This document shows, in pieces, positions 36,282-49,688 of a stretch of 64,000 nt of DNA; within the stretch, counting starts at the first letter, position 1; the number at the start of each line of letters is the position of its first letter. A model generated the notes under the pieces. That model saw nothing but the letters and a program-made list of their open reading frames with translations, ran no database searches and was not told where the DNA came from. A program made the position numbers and the translations under genes. This DNA is from Lama guanicoe (lineage: Eukaryota), in the NCBI GenBank assembly GCA_013239625.1, contig MU054391.1, positions 3,005,130 to 3,069,129 on the forward strand, given 5' to 3'.

Positions 36282-39200
36282 CGCCTTTTTTTCAGATAAA
36301 AAAATGCCCAAGACTAATGAAATAAAGCTTGAACATTTATGTTAGTCTTGGTTCTTAACGAATTGTGAATTATAAACAAGACATTGTCAAAAATGTCTTC
36401 AATTCACATCAAAGAGCTTGTGAAGACAGCAAATCTGTTATTAAAGGAATTTTTAAATGAGATCTTGAAAAAAATGTTATTCATTTCATCCTTATAACAA
36501 CCTAGTAGAATACTGGCCAAACTGATAATTCTGCAAGTGAGGACACACAGCCAAAGAGTTTCTAAGTCTTCTTATTTTAAAACAAAACTCCAAATGTGTA
36601 GCTAGCAGTCCCTGGGGGTAAGCATTAGCCTCGCACCTGTCCTCCAGCTGCTCACAGAGCAGTGGGGGCGGGGCGGGGGAGAGTCTAGTGACTCGTGGTT
36701 TCAGCGCGTTCCCTACAATGAAGTCCCAGAAGGCACAGACCTTGCGGGCAGAGACACAGGACACCACCAGTTCAGGGATGGCGTGGTAGGATGGAAGCTG
36801 TTTCCTGGGATTCCTGGAGACAACCCTGGAGCTGAGATGTGAAAGAGGAGACATATGAACAGGGGGATGAAAAAGCAGTATGTGTAAGGAAAAGAGGCAA
36901 GTGTGAGAAGGAGCAGTCAGAGAACAGGTGGGCACAGGGGAAGGGCGAGAGAGAGACGGACTTGGCCAGCCCCCTAAGGGCCACATTTGGTAACGTACCA
37001 CCACTGACCTCTGCATTGTGTGCTTCAAGTCACTGAAATTGCAATAATTGGCTTTATAACTGCATTACAAACCTTACCCCGTGTTCAGGGATGTTTAAAA
37101 GCACATCAGCAACATACTAAGCTACACAGTCAGGATGCAAGAAACACAGTCAGTCATCAACAGGGAATTGTGAATTAGCCAAAGGGAGTCACACATGTGA
37201 AGTGGACACAGTCCACACTTTCAGAATTGTCAAAAAGCAAGCATCTTCCTGCAAGGCTGGTGTAGCAGATCCCAAATGTTTTATCCAGTGCTTAAAAAAA
37301 AGTGAAATTCCAAGAAACAAACAAAAACCCTTGTCCTCTTTTTTATAATTCTATAATGCAAGGTGAAATCAAGTTTTACCCATAATCTATTTCTGAATGC
37401 CTAATTTTCAAAAGCGATCAGAATGAGTCAGATCCAAGAATCTGTGTTTCACCACACTGCAGCCTATTAAATTTAGTGTTTGGTGGGGTGGAGGCATAAA
37501 CTTGAGAGAACTGCATATTGAGTATGTAAAAGGTATTCTACTCTGCAGACTTAAAATATCATTTCTTATTTTTCCTTGTGAAAACAGAAGAGCATGCCGT
37601 GAATACTAAAAGGCTTTGTATTACTTAAAAAGCCTTTGGCTGCTATTGAAGGCGTTGCTTTCACAAACGTTAGGAAGGGGACATTTTTAGTGCATGTTCT
37701 TATTAAGGCTGTTTAGTACTAATGACCATGAAATATAGTGGTAATCATACTTAGGTCCAGCTTTTTTGTTCTTTGTTTTAATTGAAAGCAGAGAACTTTA
37801 ACAACCATTTAAACATGTCCTTTTAGGCACATGACAGATATTCATTCAAAACTTACCAAAAAAAAAAAAGTGAAGATCTCTAAAAGGGAGTGCTTGGCTG
37901 TTAATTATTAAAAATAAGAGTCAATTTTATCCCCAGTATTTTGGGAGACTGAAAGCTAGACAGTTTCCCTCGCTTCTCTGTTACACAAGAAGGATTTGAA
38001 AAAGTACCGCAAAATATGCAAGAATGAAAGGTCATTAACTCATGCCTCATTTGATAACTGCCCGTGATGACCGCCGACAGAAGTGATCCTGCTTGAAAGC
38101 ACAATTCCGACTGGTTCTAATTTCTGTTTTCATTCAAAATTAATCACGACAATGGAGACATTACCTACAAACAAACTTTCAGATTCAGGGCCTGAGTTAT
38201 TGACAGTCACCATAAAACCCTTCCTACGTGTTTTAGTATTTCCCGTCCTCAGAATCCCTGCCCAGGGCCCAGCTACCCCCAAGGACCTTCCCAAACGTCT
38301 CCTGTTCCCTTTCACACCCCTGCGGACAAGGTCTCGCTATGTTTGCTTAGCTTTCGGATCTGCAGGATTACCTTTTGCTGTTAGTTCTAATAAAAAGTGT
38401 GTGTTAGGGATCTTAGACGTAAGAGGATCCTTCTGGGCATTCGTTTCCAAAACCCATTCTGATACCCCATCTCCCTGCAGTACGAGGGCTCCCAGACAGT
38501 GCCCGGTGACAGGGAGCAGCACTCTGCTTCCACAGCAGTCTGTGTTGGATAATCTAGACTACTAACAATTTTTCCCTAAAATGGGAAAGTATAAACATCA
38601 TTGACCAAACGAATCAAAATGAACACTGGTTGTAACTGTGTTTAGTCTCCTCTCTGTTGACTGCATTTATGCCGGTGGGTGCTTATTTGTTTCGTAGTTC
38701 AGCTAACAGGACTGGTTCCCATGAGGCTTCTTTATATTATTTGACAGGTAAATACGGTAGGCTGAACCCCGTGGGGCCACAGGAAACAAGTTAGTGGGTC
38801 CACTCTGTCAACACGCAACACCTTTCTGACTTGGCTCCTGACCGGGGTCCAGAGCGACGTGCTTCCTCTCATGGAACTCAAGGCTGCTTCTGTGTCCGGG
38901 CAGCGACATCGCACCATGCACTTGTGTACAGTGTGCATTTGTCAGTGAAATATTGAGTTCTTTCCACACGTTATGTTTCATCATTCTCTACAACTCGGAC
39001 AGTGGCGACTGCACTGCCTCTAGTCCACTGTCTCTGGTTTATTACAACACCCACGATAAGTACGAACATTTATTAACTGCTTCCTATGGGGTGGGGAGCG
39101 TTCTGAGACTTTTCCGTTCTTTATTTGCACTTTCTCAGTTAATTCTCAGGGTAGCTCTGTCTGGTAGACCTGTGGTCATTGGTAGCAAATAACTTGAACC

Positions 39201-39429
39201 TAGGGAATTCAAGCGTTGTATTTGACTCTGTATTTTATCCACTCGTACTGGTTGTGGGAACTTGGAGAAACCACTTTCACTGGAGAAATCTCAGCTGCCT
39301 AAATGATAAAATGGGTACTGTAATTGCTCCCTGAAATTATAGAGGCTATTCTGGAGGTTCAGAAATTACAAGCAGAAAACTAAGAATTAAGAGACACTGA
39401 AATTTCTGAAAAGTTTGATTTAGCAATGC

Positions 39430-39600
39430 AGGTAGTACTGAGCAAACGGAGCGTGGTTTGAGACCAGCCACGCTGCCTGGGAACTCGGGCAACAAGCCGA
39501 TTCTCAGGTCTCGCCCCAGATCCAGAGCCACTGAATCAGAGTCTGTGATTTAACAAGACGCAGGTCATTCCTACGCACACGCAGGCTTGGGAAGCCGGGA
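39430..39600 (+). mobile_element. MER5A1-like hAT-Charlie DNA transposon, GC-shifted
   Basis: cctgggaact...attctcaggtctcgccccaga...actgaatcagagtctg...ttaacaag...caggtcattc...gcacac. Confidence 0.75.
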
Positions 39601-40169
39601 CAGAGCTGTGGGGCGGCGGGGACGTGGGGAGGCTGCACTGAGGGGCCAGGGCTGACCTGAGTCCTAGCTCCACACACAGCAGCTGTTTGAAAAAACTACT
39701 TCAGTCTCTTCATTAAAAAACAAAAAGGAAGAAGAAGAAGAAAGGCAAATGCCACTACCGCAGAACTGCAGTTTAAAATAAACTAGATTAAATATATGTA
39801 CGTGATCGACCCCACACCCAGAATGTCACTAATGTCTTTTACATCTTTGTTGAATCCAAATATGGTATTTCAAGCAATGCTTTGCTTCCTCTGACCTTAA
39901 AAACAATACCTGTTCATTATGGAAAACGGGCAAAATGCGCACTTTCGCGTGCAGCTTTACCTCCGCGTAAAGCTGTGTGAGGAACCGGACGTGTTTCTGG
40001 GGCTTCTGTCAGATTAAGTGGCTGTTAGAAAAGAAACCTGTGCTGCACTTTGGGCACCTGGGTTCTGTTTCCTTCAAGTAACTCTGTGCCAACACACAGA
40101 GCCTAGAATGTGTTTTGCATACAAAGCTTAGAAGGGGTGGAGCCCAGCCTGGGGTGCAGAGAGGCGGAA

Positions 40170-40570
40170 AAGGGGAGTGGCAAGGCCACCGGGGGCGCCT
40201 TCTGCCGAAGGCGGGGGAGCCCCGCGCCCTGGGGACCTGGGGACGCTTGCTGTTCACGGACCTGGCCTTGCGCGCCAGGTGCGTCTTCTTACCGCCGGCC
40301 CAGCGGAGGGCGTGACAAGGTTGGCCCAGAGCGGCGGCCGGTCCTCCGCGTTAGGCTGAAGGAGGGGGCTTTCCGCGGTGCTGCGGGCGGCTGCTCCTGT
40401 GATGAGAACAGGTTTTGGTCGCACGGCGCTCCTGGAATAACGCAACGATCGGCTTTATTTCTGCTGAAGGAGGACGGCTGTCCTCAGGACCAGGTCTCTG
40501 AGTCCCCAGCAGTAGCGATACTTGCCACGCCACCACTTTGAGAAGGTAAAGGCTTACGCCGGCAGGCTCT
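40170..40570. promoter_or_regulatory. CpG-rich patch (small CpG-island-like region)
   Basis: High GC and CpG density with no recognisable gene start. Confidence 0.3.
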
Positions 40571-41489
40571 TCCAGTGGAAGGCACCCGCTCATTCAGGCT
40601 TGTAGCTCAAATCATGCGGGGTTCCAAATGGCCCCTCACGGCAAGATGTTTCAAGGTCAATGGCCGGACAAATAGTCCCTGTAAGAAAACCTGAGGATGA
40701 CTGGATTTCAAGGTAAACTCATAAATTGGTAACTGAGGGGAGCAAAGGGGAAGGACTTCCAAGCCTTTAGTTCTGCCTTCCCTTGGAGATCATCAGAGTA
40801 GACCTCGGCACTGAAAACTTCAAGGGACTAATCTCTCACCTAAATGTCTCTTTCCTCCCTCCCAGCCAGTTGCTGCAGTAGCTTCCCTGCTTCCTGAACG
40901 GAGCTGTGTCCCTTAGGACAAACCCAGTGGCTGCGAGTGCAGACCCAGCCTTGGTCTCCCCAGACGGCGTGGAGTCTGTGGGTGCACCCAGCCAGACTTC
41001 GCACATATGGGACTTCAGGGAAGTGGGGGCTCTCTCAGGAAGGCAACTCCAGATGCCAAGCTGTCACTCGGCACAACAGAGCGAGTTTAAGAACAGTTGA
41101 GTTGAATGCACACACGCACGGCCTGCATGAGTTCCCCAGGAAGCATTTGAAGCAGGAAGCAAAACGTTTCTTACTATGTAAAGCTCTGGGTTTCCTGGGT
41201 GAGAAATCTGTTCCCGCATTTCTTCCTTTATGCGTGTGCTTATCTATATCCACAGAGAAGAGGCAAGTATTTTAGGCAGGAGCGTCTCTGAGAGGCAGGC
41301 TTGCATTTGTAAGGAAAACGCTTGGAGGCTATTTCAGTGATCCGAAGTTATTTCGGAGGGCTGAAGGGCTCTGCGGCTTTGTGCAAAATTCAGCTGAAAG
41401 TCAAAGCAAGTAAACCGCTTTCCAAGATCCCGCAATGAATTGCTGGCTGCTTTGAAATCAGGGCCCTCTCTCTTGAGTCCCTGCTCCTG

Positions 41490-41770
41490 CTATGTACTCC
41501 TGTGTAACAGATCGCCCCCAAATCCAGCGGCTTAAAACAACAGCAGTCATCCCTGTTTTTAGCTAATTAGCTTGGGCCGGCCTGTTCCATGCAGGCTCAG
41601 CTGTGCTGGTTTTCTGGGACGGCACGGGGGTGGGACTGCTTCCGGAAAGGCCCTGTTCTCGGGGCAAACAGCTGGGCCGAGGCTGTTCCTGAGGGGTTCA
41701 GGTGGGGCTGCATCCAGGGACGTCGTTACTTCTTCACCTCGGTCTTTCCTCTGGCTTCTTGACAGCACGT
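41490..41770 (-). mobile_element. Old MLT1 (H-L type) LTR fragment
   Basis: ctgtgtaacagatcgcccccaaatccagcggcttaaaacaaca...ggctcagctg...ggcttcttgacagca. Confidence 0.65.
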
Positions 41771-41784
41771 GCTACAGTTTGTCC

Positions 41785-43420
41785 GTTTGTTTTTTTTAGT
41801 AGGCTTGTTTTTAATAGCAGTCTTAGGTTCATGGCAAAAATGGGGGGAAGGTACAGAGGTTTCTAAGATTCCCCCTGCCCCTGCACAGTCATGGCCTCCC
41901 TCATTATCACACCCCCCCCTCCCGCCAGATGGTACATTTGTTAGAGTGAGGAACCTCCATTGACACATCATATAATTCAAAGTCCAGGGGTTCACTCCTG
42001 GTGTCGTAACTGTGGATTTGGGCTGGTGTATGACATGTGTCCAACGTTACTGCTTCCTGCAGGGTAGTTTCATGGCCCTAAAATCCACTGTGCCCTGACT
42101 ACTCACCTGTCCCTCACCTTCCCTTGCCCCTCTCATCCACTGATCTTTTCACTTTCACCGTAGTTTTGCCTTTTCCATATAACTGGAATCAAAGTCTGAA
42201 GTCTTTTCAGATTGGCTTCTTTCACTTGGTAAGACACATTAAAGTTTCTTCCTGTCTCTTTATGGCTTGATAGCTCATTGCTTTTTAGTGCTAAATACTA
42301 TTCCATTGTCTGGGTAATTTATCCACTCACCTACTAGACCTTGGTTGCTTCCAAGTTTTGACAAGTTTCAGCAATTATAAACAATGTGGCTGTAAACAGT
42401 CAAGTAAAAATTTCTGTGTGGACAGACATAAGTTTTCATTTCCTTCAGGTAAATACCAAGGACTACAACTGTTGGAGTATGATTACTGGATCATGCGATG
42501 GGTACGTTTAATTTTGTAAAAAGTAACCAAGCTGCCTCCAGAGCGGCTGTACAGAATCCCCGCCAGCAATAAAAGAGACTTCCTGTTGCTCCACATCCTT
42601 GCCAGCGTTTGGTGCTGTCAGTCTTCTGGTTCGTGGCCATTCTAATAAACGTGCAGTGGGGTCTCATTGTTTTAATTTGCATGTTCCTGATGACACGTGA
42701 TGCTGCCTTCATTCCTCACGCTTATTGACATCTGTGTGGCTCTTGAGGTCTTTGGCCCATTGTTTTAATCAGGTTGTTCCTTTTTTGCTTTTTGAATTTT
42801 GAGAGTACTTTGTGTATTTTAGATAACAGTCCTTTATTAAGTGTGTCTTTTGCAAATAGCTGCTCCCAGTTGGTGGCTTGTCTGCTGATTCTCTTGGTAT
42901 TGTCTTCTGCAGAACAGAAGCTTTTCATTTTAATGAAGTTCAACTTATCAATTACTTCGTTCATGGATCATGCCTTTGGTATTGTACCTAAAAAGTCATT
43001 GCCTGACCCAAGGTCATGTAGGTTTTCTCCCATGTTATCTTCTAGGATTTTTATAGTTCTGTGTTTTACATTTGGGTCTGTGATTCATTTTGAGTTAACC
43101 TTTGTGAAGAGTGTCAAGTGTGTGTCTATATTCTTTTTTTTTTTTTGGGCCTGTGAACGTCTAGTAGTTACATTACCATTTGTTAAATGGACTGTCTTTG
43201 CTCCATTGTATTGCCTTTGCTCCTTTATCAAAGACCGGTTGACTATATTTATGTGAATCTATTCCTGGACTCTGTTCCATCCCATTGCTCTATTCATCTA
43301 TTATTCCAGCAATACCGTTCTGTCCTGACGACTGCAGCTTTATAGTAAGTCTTGAAGTCAGGTAATGTCAGTTTTTTAACGTTGTTCTTCTTCAGTATCA
43401 TGTTGGATATTCTGGGTCAC
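41785..43420 (-). mobile_element. L1MC1-like LINE-1 3' portion (ORF2 C-terminus and 3' UTR)
   Basis: ORF 42722-42964 IDKLNFIKMKSFCSAEDNTKRISRQATNWEQLFA...KGLLSKIHK is L1 ORF2p C-terminal homology; 3' UTR gcagtcttaggttcatggcaaaa...tggtacatttgtta...attgacacatcat. Confidence 0.9.
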
Positions 43421-45261
43421 AGCTTTCTCTATGCGTGAAAGAATTTTGTCTCTGAAAGCCATGGAATCCCTCCCGTTCCCTCAGTCTGTGAGTTTTAAAT
43501 CCCTCTTAGGTCCTTATGAGTGAAAATGGCATAAATCAGGTTTCTGTCCCAGCTGTGCTGTTGTTTTGATCCACGGGACCACAGAGAGCTCTGTTCTACA
43601 GCTGTTAACACGCCTCTGTGTTGGGCCATTGTTTACGTTGCTGTGGTCACTTTATTCACACGTTGGGGCCCATGGTGCCATCAGGCCTGCAATGTGCTAT
43701 CCCTGTGTCATGTCAGAGACACAGCGATGCTGCTGTCACTGGTGTGGTTCCAGAAACAACTTCAGGACCTACAATACTTTCAAGGAAAACCTATCCCTGA
43801 CGAACTTTGAGTAAGAATAATACGCCTTTACTCATGGTGATTTCTGAAACGTGATTCTCTGGGTTGAGTGTCCTATCCGTGCAACTTTTTAGTTTTAGGA
43901 CAAACATAGCATTTCAATTTGATTAAATAGGGAGTAGATGTGAATTTAAACTAGTGGAACTCAATTATTGGACTGATTAAACAAGAAATATATGTTGTCT
44001 CCTTTAATCTGCTTAATTACTGAAACACGCTTTTCTTTTGAAATGACTCCATTAGTCAAAAGAACAAAATCAATACATATTCAATTAATATTCATTATAC
44101 AACAATTTGAAAGTTAAGTTTAGCACAGTCCAATACTGTGGTTTTCTTATTGGTAAATTGAAAGTTCATTTACCAGAGGAGGGCAGGGTGCTTCTGCCTG
44201 CATTTAGCATCAGCGTGAACGCTGAATTCTAAATGTCAAGTCCATCTCCAACTTGTAGGGGTTTGTTAAGTGTATGCAGGTCTGGGCGGGGGGTGCGACA
44301 CGGCTCTGCTCCCTCAGCTCCGAGAACAAAAACTTTAAAAAGACCTATATGACGAACGCGTGAGGTTTCTGGACATGAAATTAATTTAGCAAAACGACGT
44401 TTTAGCAGTTGAAGAGTAAGGAATGAGAAGATGTCGAATGGACTTTCCTTAAGCTGTGTACAAGTCTACAAACGAGGGGACAGAGCTGTGATAAGATGTG
44501 TCTCTGCTGCTGTTACAGAATTCCCTGAGGGCCACTGCCCACGACCACTCACTTTGTGCAGAAAGGAAGAATACTATGCACAGACGATTTATTTTACCAG
44601 CCAAAGTCCACTGATTACTGAGGCACGGGATGGGGCACGAGGGAGAGGCCAAGGCTGACCTGACCCCTCCTGGTTACGCCTGGACTGTGCCTGCGTGCAT
44701 CTCGAGGGCAGATTTCGTTTTGTTGTAATACTTTTGTTTAAATACCTCTTTCCGTTCTACAAGGCATTTTATTTTCTTATTTAACTTTCGTAACACCTTT
44801 ACCAGACTTATATACATATATATATATGTGTGTGTGTATACATGAAGTCACATATTAACTCTTAATTATAGTATGTAAGTAACATAGATAAATTAAATCA
44901 GTTTAATTCTGCATATATAGACATGCATGTGCCATGATCGGCATTCTTCCTCTGTAAGTGAGTAAGCAGGCTCAGGCAGGTGGAATGATGCTAAGAAATA
45001 GCTTACAAATAGCACCAGTGGATTTCAAGCCTGCATTTTCAGTATGTGGTGTTCTTCTCTCTGCATCAGACTCCCCGCTTAGTGTACCAAGCTGCTGACT
45101 GACAGAAACAGGGAGGATATAATGGCGCCCACATATGCTTTAAGGATCATGTAGACTTTTTTTGCTCATGTCCTTCAAGTTAACGCCAAACTGACCATAG
45201 GTCCACATCTCAGCAGGCTTTTAATCTAGAGCCTACATCATTCCACTTAAAGGTCCCATTA

Positions 45262-45640
45262 AATTACTCACTCATTCAAGCATTCATTCAACACATATTG
45301 ATGGTTGCCTACGACATGCGAGGCTCTGCGCTGGTCCCTGGGGACAATACAACTGTGCAAAACATCGACCTGTCTCCCGCCATCATGGAGTCAAGAGGGA
45401 GCTAGACTAGAGGTCTAGGGATTAGACCAGTGGAGGAAGGACAGTTAGAAGAGGGCATGGGGAGCTGTGGTGTTCATACTAGGGAGGGAGCAATCTGGAA
45501 GATTCAGAGAAACTGCAGCTGGCATGTCTAAGGTCAATTCTCATAAGTAAGAATTAGCAGGCGAAGTTGAAGCATGAAGATGCGGGGAGGAAAGAATCAT
45601 ATTCTTGGCCAAGGAAATAGCACATGCAAAGGACCAAGTG
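45262..45640 (-). mobile_element. L2 fragment
   Basis: tcactcattcaagcattcattcaacacatattgatggttgcctac...ggctctgcgctggtccctgggga...aaggaaatagcacatgcaaagga. Confidence 0.7.
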
Positions 45641-47321
45641 CCTTCTCCAGTCTGATTTTTTCCCAACAACCCAACAGCATGCTTCATCGTGCCAGAAGTA
45701 CATGCGGTTCTCTGTACCCATCCCTGTTTGATCCCTGTGGATGCTGGGAATCAGGAAGACAGAATAAAAATCTCCCCTTGCGGAAAAGAACAGAGTCAGA
45801 CTTAAAACTCAGCCTGTCACCATACATACTTTTCTTTCCCTAATACTATATTAACCGCATAGTACTAATTACCCATGGTTTATATCAAAATTACCCAAAG
45901 CACAGTTTGCCTTCAAGTAAGAAGGTTAACAGCTATTGCTGTGACCAATTAGACTGGACCGCAAAATTATAAATTGAGTCAAGGTAATTTATCCCGTGGG
46001 CATTGACCATAGAGATGGCTGCACCATCGTGATTGTTCGGTGGTTTCTGTGTCAAAGTCTGAAAGTGGAATAGAGTGTACGTGGGCCAGACAGTTCCCCA
46101 TCCTGTGTGCGAGGGCTCTCCACGCGCACTGAGCTCGCCCTTTCCAATTCAGCAGTACTCTCACCTCATGATGACCGGACAGATAGAAGGGTAAACGCGG
46201 CACGCCTTTTGGGGTGCTTTGGGATTTGCCTGTAGAAACAGGCAGAGGGCTTCCTACCTTTTTTCCTGTCTTCCTATCTTCCCCTCCAGCTCTCCTGGGC
46301 ACACACTTGCTAGGATCTTCTCTCAGACCCAAACCACCAAGTTATGTGTACTGTTCTCTGAAGGGACAACACGCGTGCTCTGAAAATCAACCCTAAGAAA
46401 TAAGTAATTAAGGCGGATAGACAGTAATACAGCCATTGATCCTGCAGCGTGGACTTAGGTCATCTTTGATTCCTCACCGCTCATTCACCAAACGCTCGCT
46501 AAGTCCTGAAAATCCGTCCCCATCTTCACACTTTTATGTCTGTATTCCTCTGCGTGTGCCGTCGGCCTGGCCAACGGCTGGGCACACCTAAAGCATTTCC
46601 CGCCTTCAGGCTTTTACGTCCAGCTCATTTACCGCTGATGTCTGCCGCTCAACATCCATCCAAATTCCTTTTACTAAAACAATATATTTACTTTTTTGGA
46701 GGAAGATTATGTTTTCAAGGCTCTTCACCCATGAGAATTGGACAGAGCTGACTTCCCCTCCAGGCGCTGTGATGGGCCCACTCCAACGGCCCAGTCGAAA
46801 GAATGCAGGGGCGTTAAGCAGTTCAGAGCCAATAGGGCACAGAAGGCCTCCGCTGGGCCTTCGTCACGTGTGCAGGCTTTGTGCCTGCTGCATGCAAACT
46901 TGGCAGACACGCAGTATCGCAGTGGACGCTGCCGTGTCGCCCCGACTCGTGATCTGAAAATGAAGCCTCCTGCCCGCAGGATGGACCCGACCGGGACTGA
47001 GGCAAGTAGAGGCTGGTGAAGTCAGCTGAGTCCCTCAGCCCAGCCCTGCCCCTGACCAAGTATTGGCATCGCTATTCTGTAAACGTTCTCTTGTTCTTTA
47101 AGCCAATCTGGGTTTATTTTTGGCTGTTTTCCATCAAAAGCACTCGGAACTGGCGTGCTTTGCCAGCCCCGCCAGGCAGAATGGACGGCTCTCTTCTTCT
47201 GCATCTTCAAAACGCTTTGTTTCTAGCCCTGTTGGATCGCTTGCCACATGGTTTACAGTGAGTTACACGCGTCTCCATCCTCTGGAGGGCATTAACCACG
47301 GCTGATTCCGCTTTCCGTCTC

Positions 47322-47385
47322 CCCAGCTCTGAGCACAGAGCCCGGCACACGGTAGGGGCTCAGTGAGGGCTTGTTCAATTAACCA
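47322..47385 (+). mobile_element. L2 3' terminus, GC-shifted
   Basis: agcacagagcccggcacacggtaggggctcagtgagggcttgttcaatt versus typical agcacagtgcctggcacatagtaggtgctcaataaatatttgttgaatg. Confidence 0.7.
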
Positions 47386-49065
47386 ACCGTTCACCGCTCT
47401 TCCTCGGTTAGCTTCAAATTGCTTTCCCTTTCTGTGTTTGCAAGCTTCGACTCCCACAGAATGAGAACATATCACTGGATGTCTTAATGATTAAAATAAT
47501 TAAAAGGCAATGGAGCTACATCATCGTGACAACCTCCTCAAAGGTGAACCAAGTTAAACACTGTAAACTAATTACCATCAGAGGGGAGCCAAATGTAGGA
47601 AACTGTCAGCTGTTTGCCAAGAAATGTCACCATGGTTTTTAAGGCGCATTTTTCTGGGCTCGTATTATTTCAATCCTTCTGTGGGCATTGGAGACCTTTT
47701 AAAATGAAGTATGCGTATTCTATTGATGAAAAGACAACTTTTAAGGGATTTTAGAAGAGGAGAAATTGCAGTCCCTGAGACTGCCTTCCAAAGCCTTATA
47801 AAAATGCTACCAGCTGAATTATTATGGCATTTCTACTTCATTTCAGAAAAGCCACCCCTCTCATGATTGAAGCACACCAGCGAGGCAGCCATCCAGACAG
47901 CGTCAGAGCTTCCATCAGACCTCGGGTGCCGGCTGAACCTCTCACCTGCTCCCACACGGAGCGCAACGCTGGTTCTAGAGCCCATGTGCACGTCACCAAC
48001 AGACCAGATTTGTCACATTTTCACTCTGGTTGCTTGGCAAATCTAGACATAGTGAGGTCACTACACACTGCCTAGATATTTTTTTTTTTGTATCATAATT
48101 TTCACAGTAATCCTTTCTCCCTCCTTAAATGGATGGAAAGACCATAGTGGACCTTTATCAATCATTTCTTGCCCTGGTCACGAACGCCTACAGAGGCTGC
48201 TTCTGGTTCTCTCATAAGTTCCTGGCACGTCCATCGTTCTCGGCCTTCGTAGGGCTTTCTACTATTAGGTAGCAATGCTCCTGCATTGCACCTTGAAAGT
48301 GTCATTTCAGGCAGAGAAATAAAGAATCATCGTGGGTGCTAGGACAACAGGCTGCTTCTAGCTCTGGGCTCGTGGTCCTGTGACTTGTGAAAAAGCACTT
48401 CTTTTTCCTTGACCTCACAGGCTAGTAAAAGTGAAGAAATTGGTATAGATGGTCTACGAGGATCACGATCATGTTGTATTTCCTAATTCTGCATTGCTTT
48501 TCTTTGACAGAGCGGCATGCTGGTTCACGAGCGTGGAATTCAGTGAACTTGGAGAACACTCGGAATTTCTTGCTTGGATGTGGCAACACAACTTTTTTTT
48601 TTTTTCCTTTCAAGTTACTTTGCCCAGTTGTTACCTGAGGGAGCATACGCTTTTCTGAAGTTCTCTTTCTTGTTGTGGGAAGCAAGAACTGTCATCATGT
48701 ACGAGGAGGAATAGAGCTCTCTCTATGGTTAAATCCCAAAGAATTGTGCAAGTATTAGAATGACCTCTTGGGGTATTAATAAACTTCGAAATGTGTAACT
48801 GTGTTAGGGGTTCTTCTTTCTTTTTCCTGATACTGTAACTCAAACCTTCTAACCTAGAGAATTTCTAGGGGCTGGTGGAACCTCCACTGAGGCCCAGGCT
48901 GCTCCAGAAGGCCCTCAAGGACATCCCGAGCCTTGGTTAGACACCTCTTCTCTGTTCTCCCTGGCATGTACCAGTCATTACACCCCACACACCACTGTGT
49001 TTAAGGTCCTTTAAATTAGACCAATTTCCTACACAGTGAATTCCCTGAAGACAAGAGTATGCCCT

Positions 49066-49688
49066 ATATCCAGAAGGAACCCTAATTCAAAATGACACCT
49101 GCACCCCAATGTTCATCGCAGAATTATTTGCAACAGCCAAGTCATGCAAACAGCCTAAATGTCCATTGACAGATGACTGGATAAAGAAGTTGCAGTATAT
49201 TTATACAATGGAATACTACTCAGCCATAAAAATGACAGTATAACACCATTTGCAGCAACATGGATGTCCCTGGAGAATGTCATTCTAAGTGAAGTAATCC
49301 AGAAAGAGAAAGAAAAATGCCATATGAGATCACTCATATGTGGAATCTTAAAAAAAAAAAAAAGAAGACGACAAATGAACTTAAATATAAAAAAGAAACA
49401 GACTCATATACATAGATAACTAACTCGTGGTTGCCAGGGTGGAAGTGAATGGGAAGGGACAGAATAGGAGTCCAAAATCTGTAGATACAGACAGGCACAT
49501 GCAGAATAGATAAACAAGATTACACTGTGTAGCACAGGGGAATCTACGCAAGATCTTGTGGTCGCTCACAGCGAAAAAGAATGCGACAATGAATATATGT
49601 ATGTTCATGTATAACTGAAAAATTGTGCTCTACGCTGGAATTTGACACAACATTGTAAACTGACTATAACTCAATAAAAAAAAAAATA
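49066..49688 (+). mobile_element. Younger, probably camelid-lineage, 5'-truncated L1 inserted into an L2 3' end
   Basis: Well-preserved ORF2 end and 3' UTR, aataaa plus poly(A); TSD aagagtatgccct (49053-49065) / aagggtgtgccct (49689-49701). Confidence 0.92.

Noticed and set aside
36492..37028. 178-aa minus-strand ORF
   Set aside because: Non-ATG start, low-complexity Ser/Pro/Leu composition from a purine-skewed strand, no domain
38083..38565. 160-aa ORF
   Set aside because: Non-ATG start, no recognisable domain or supporting exon structure; within chance expectation
42774..43256. 160-aa hydrophobic + strand ORF resembling a membrane protein
   Set aside because: Antisense reading of L1 ORF2
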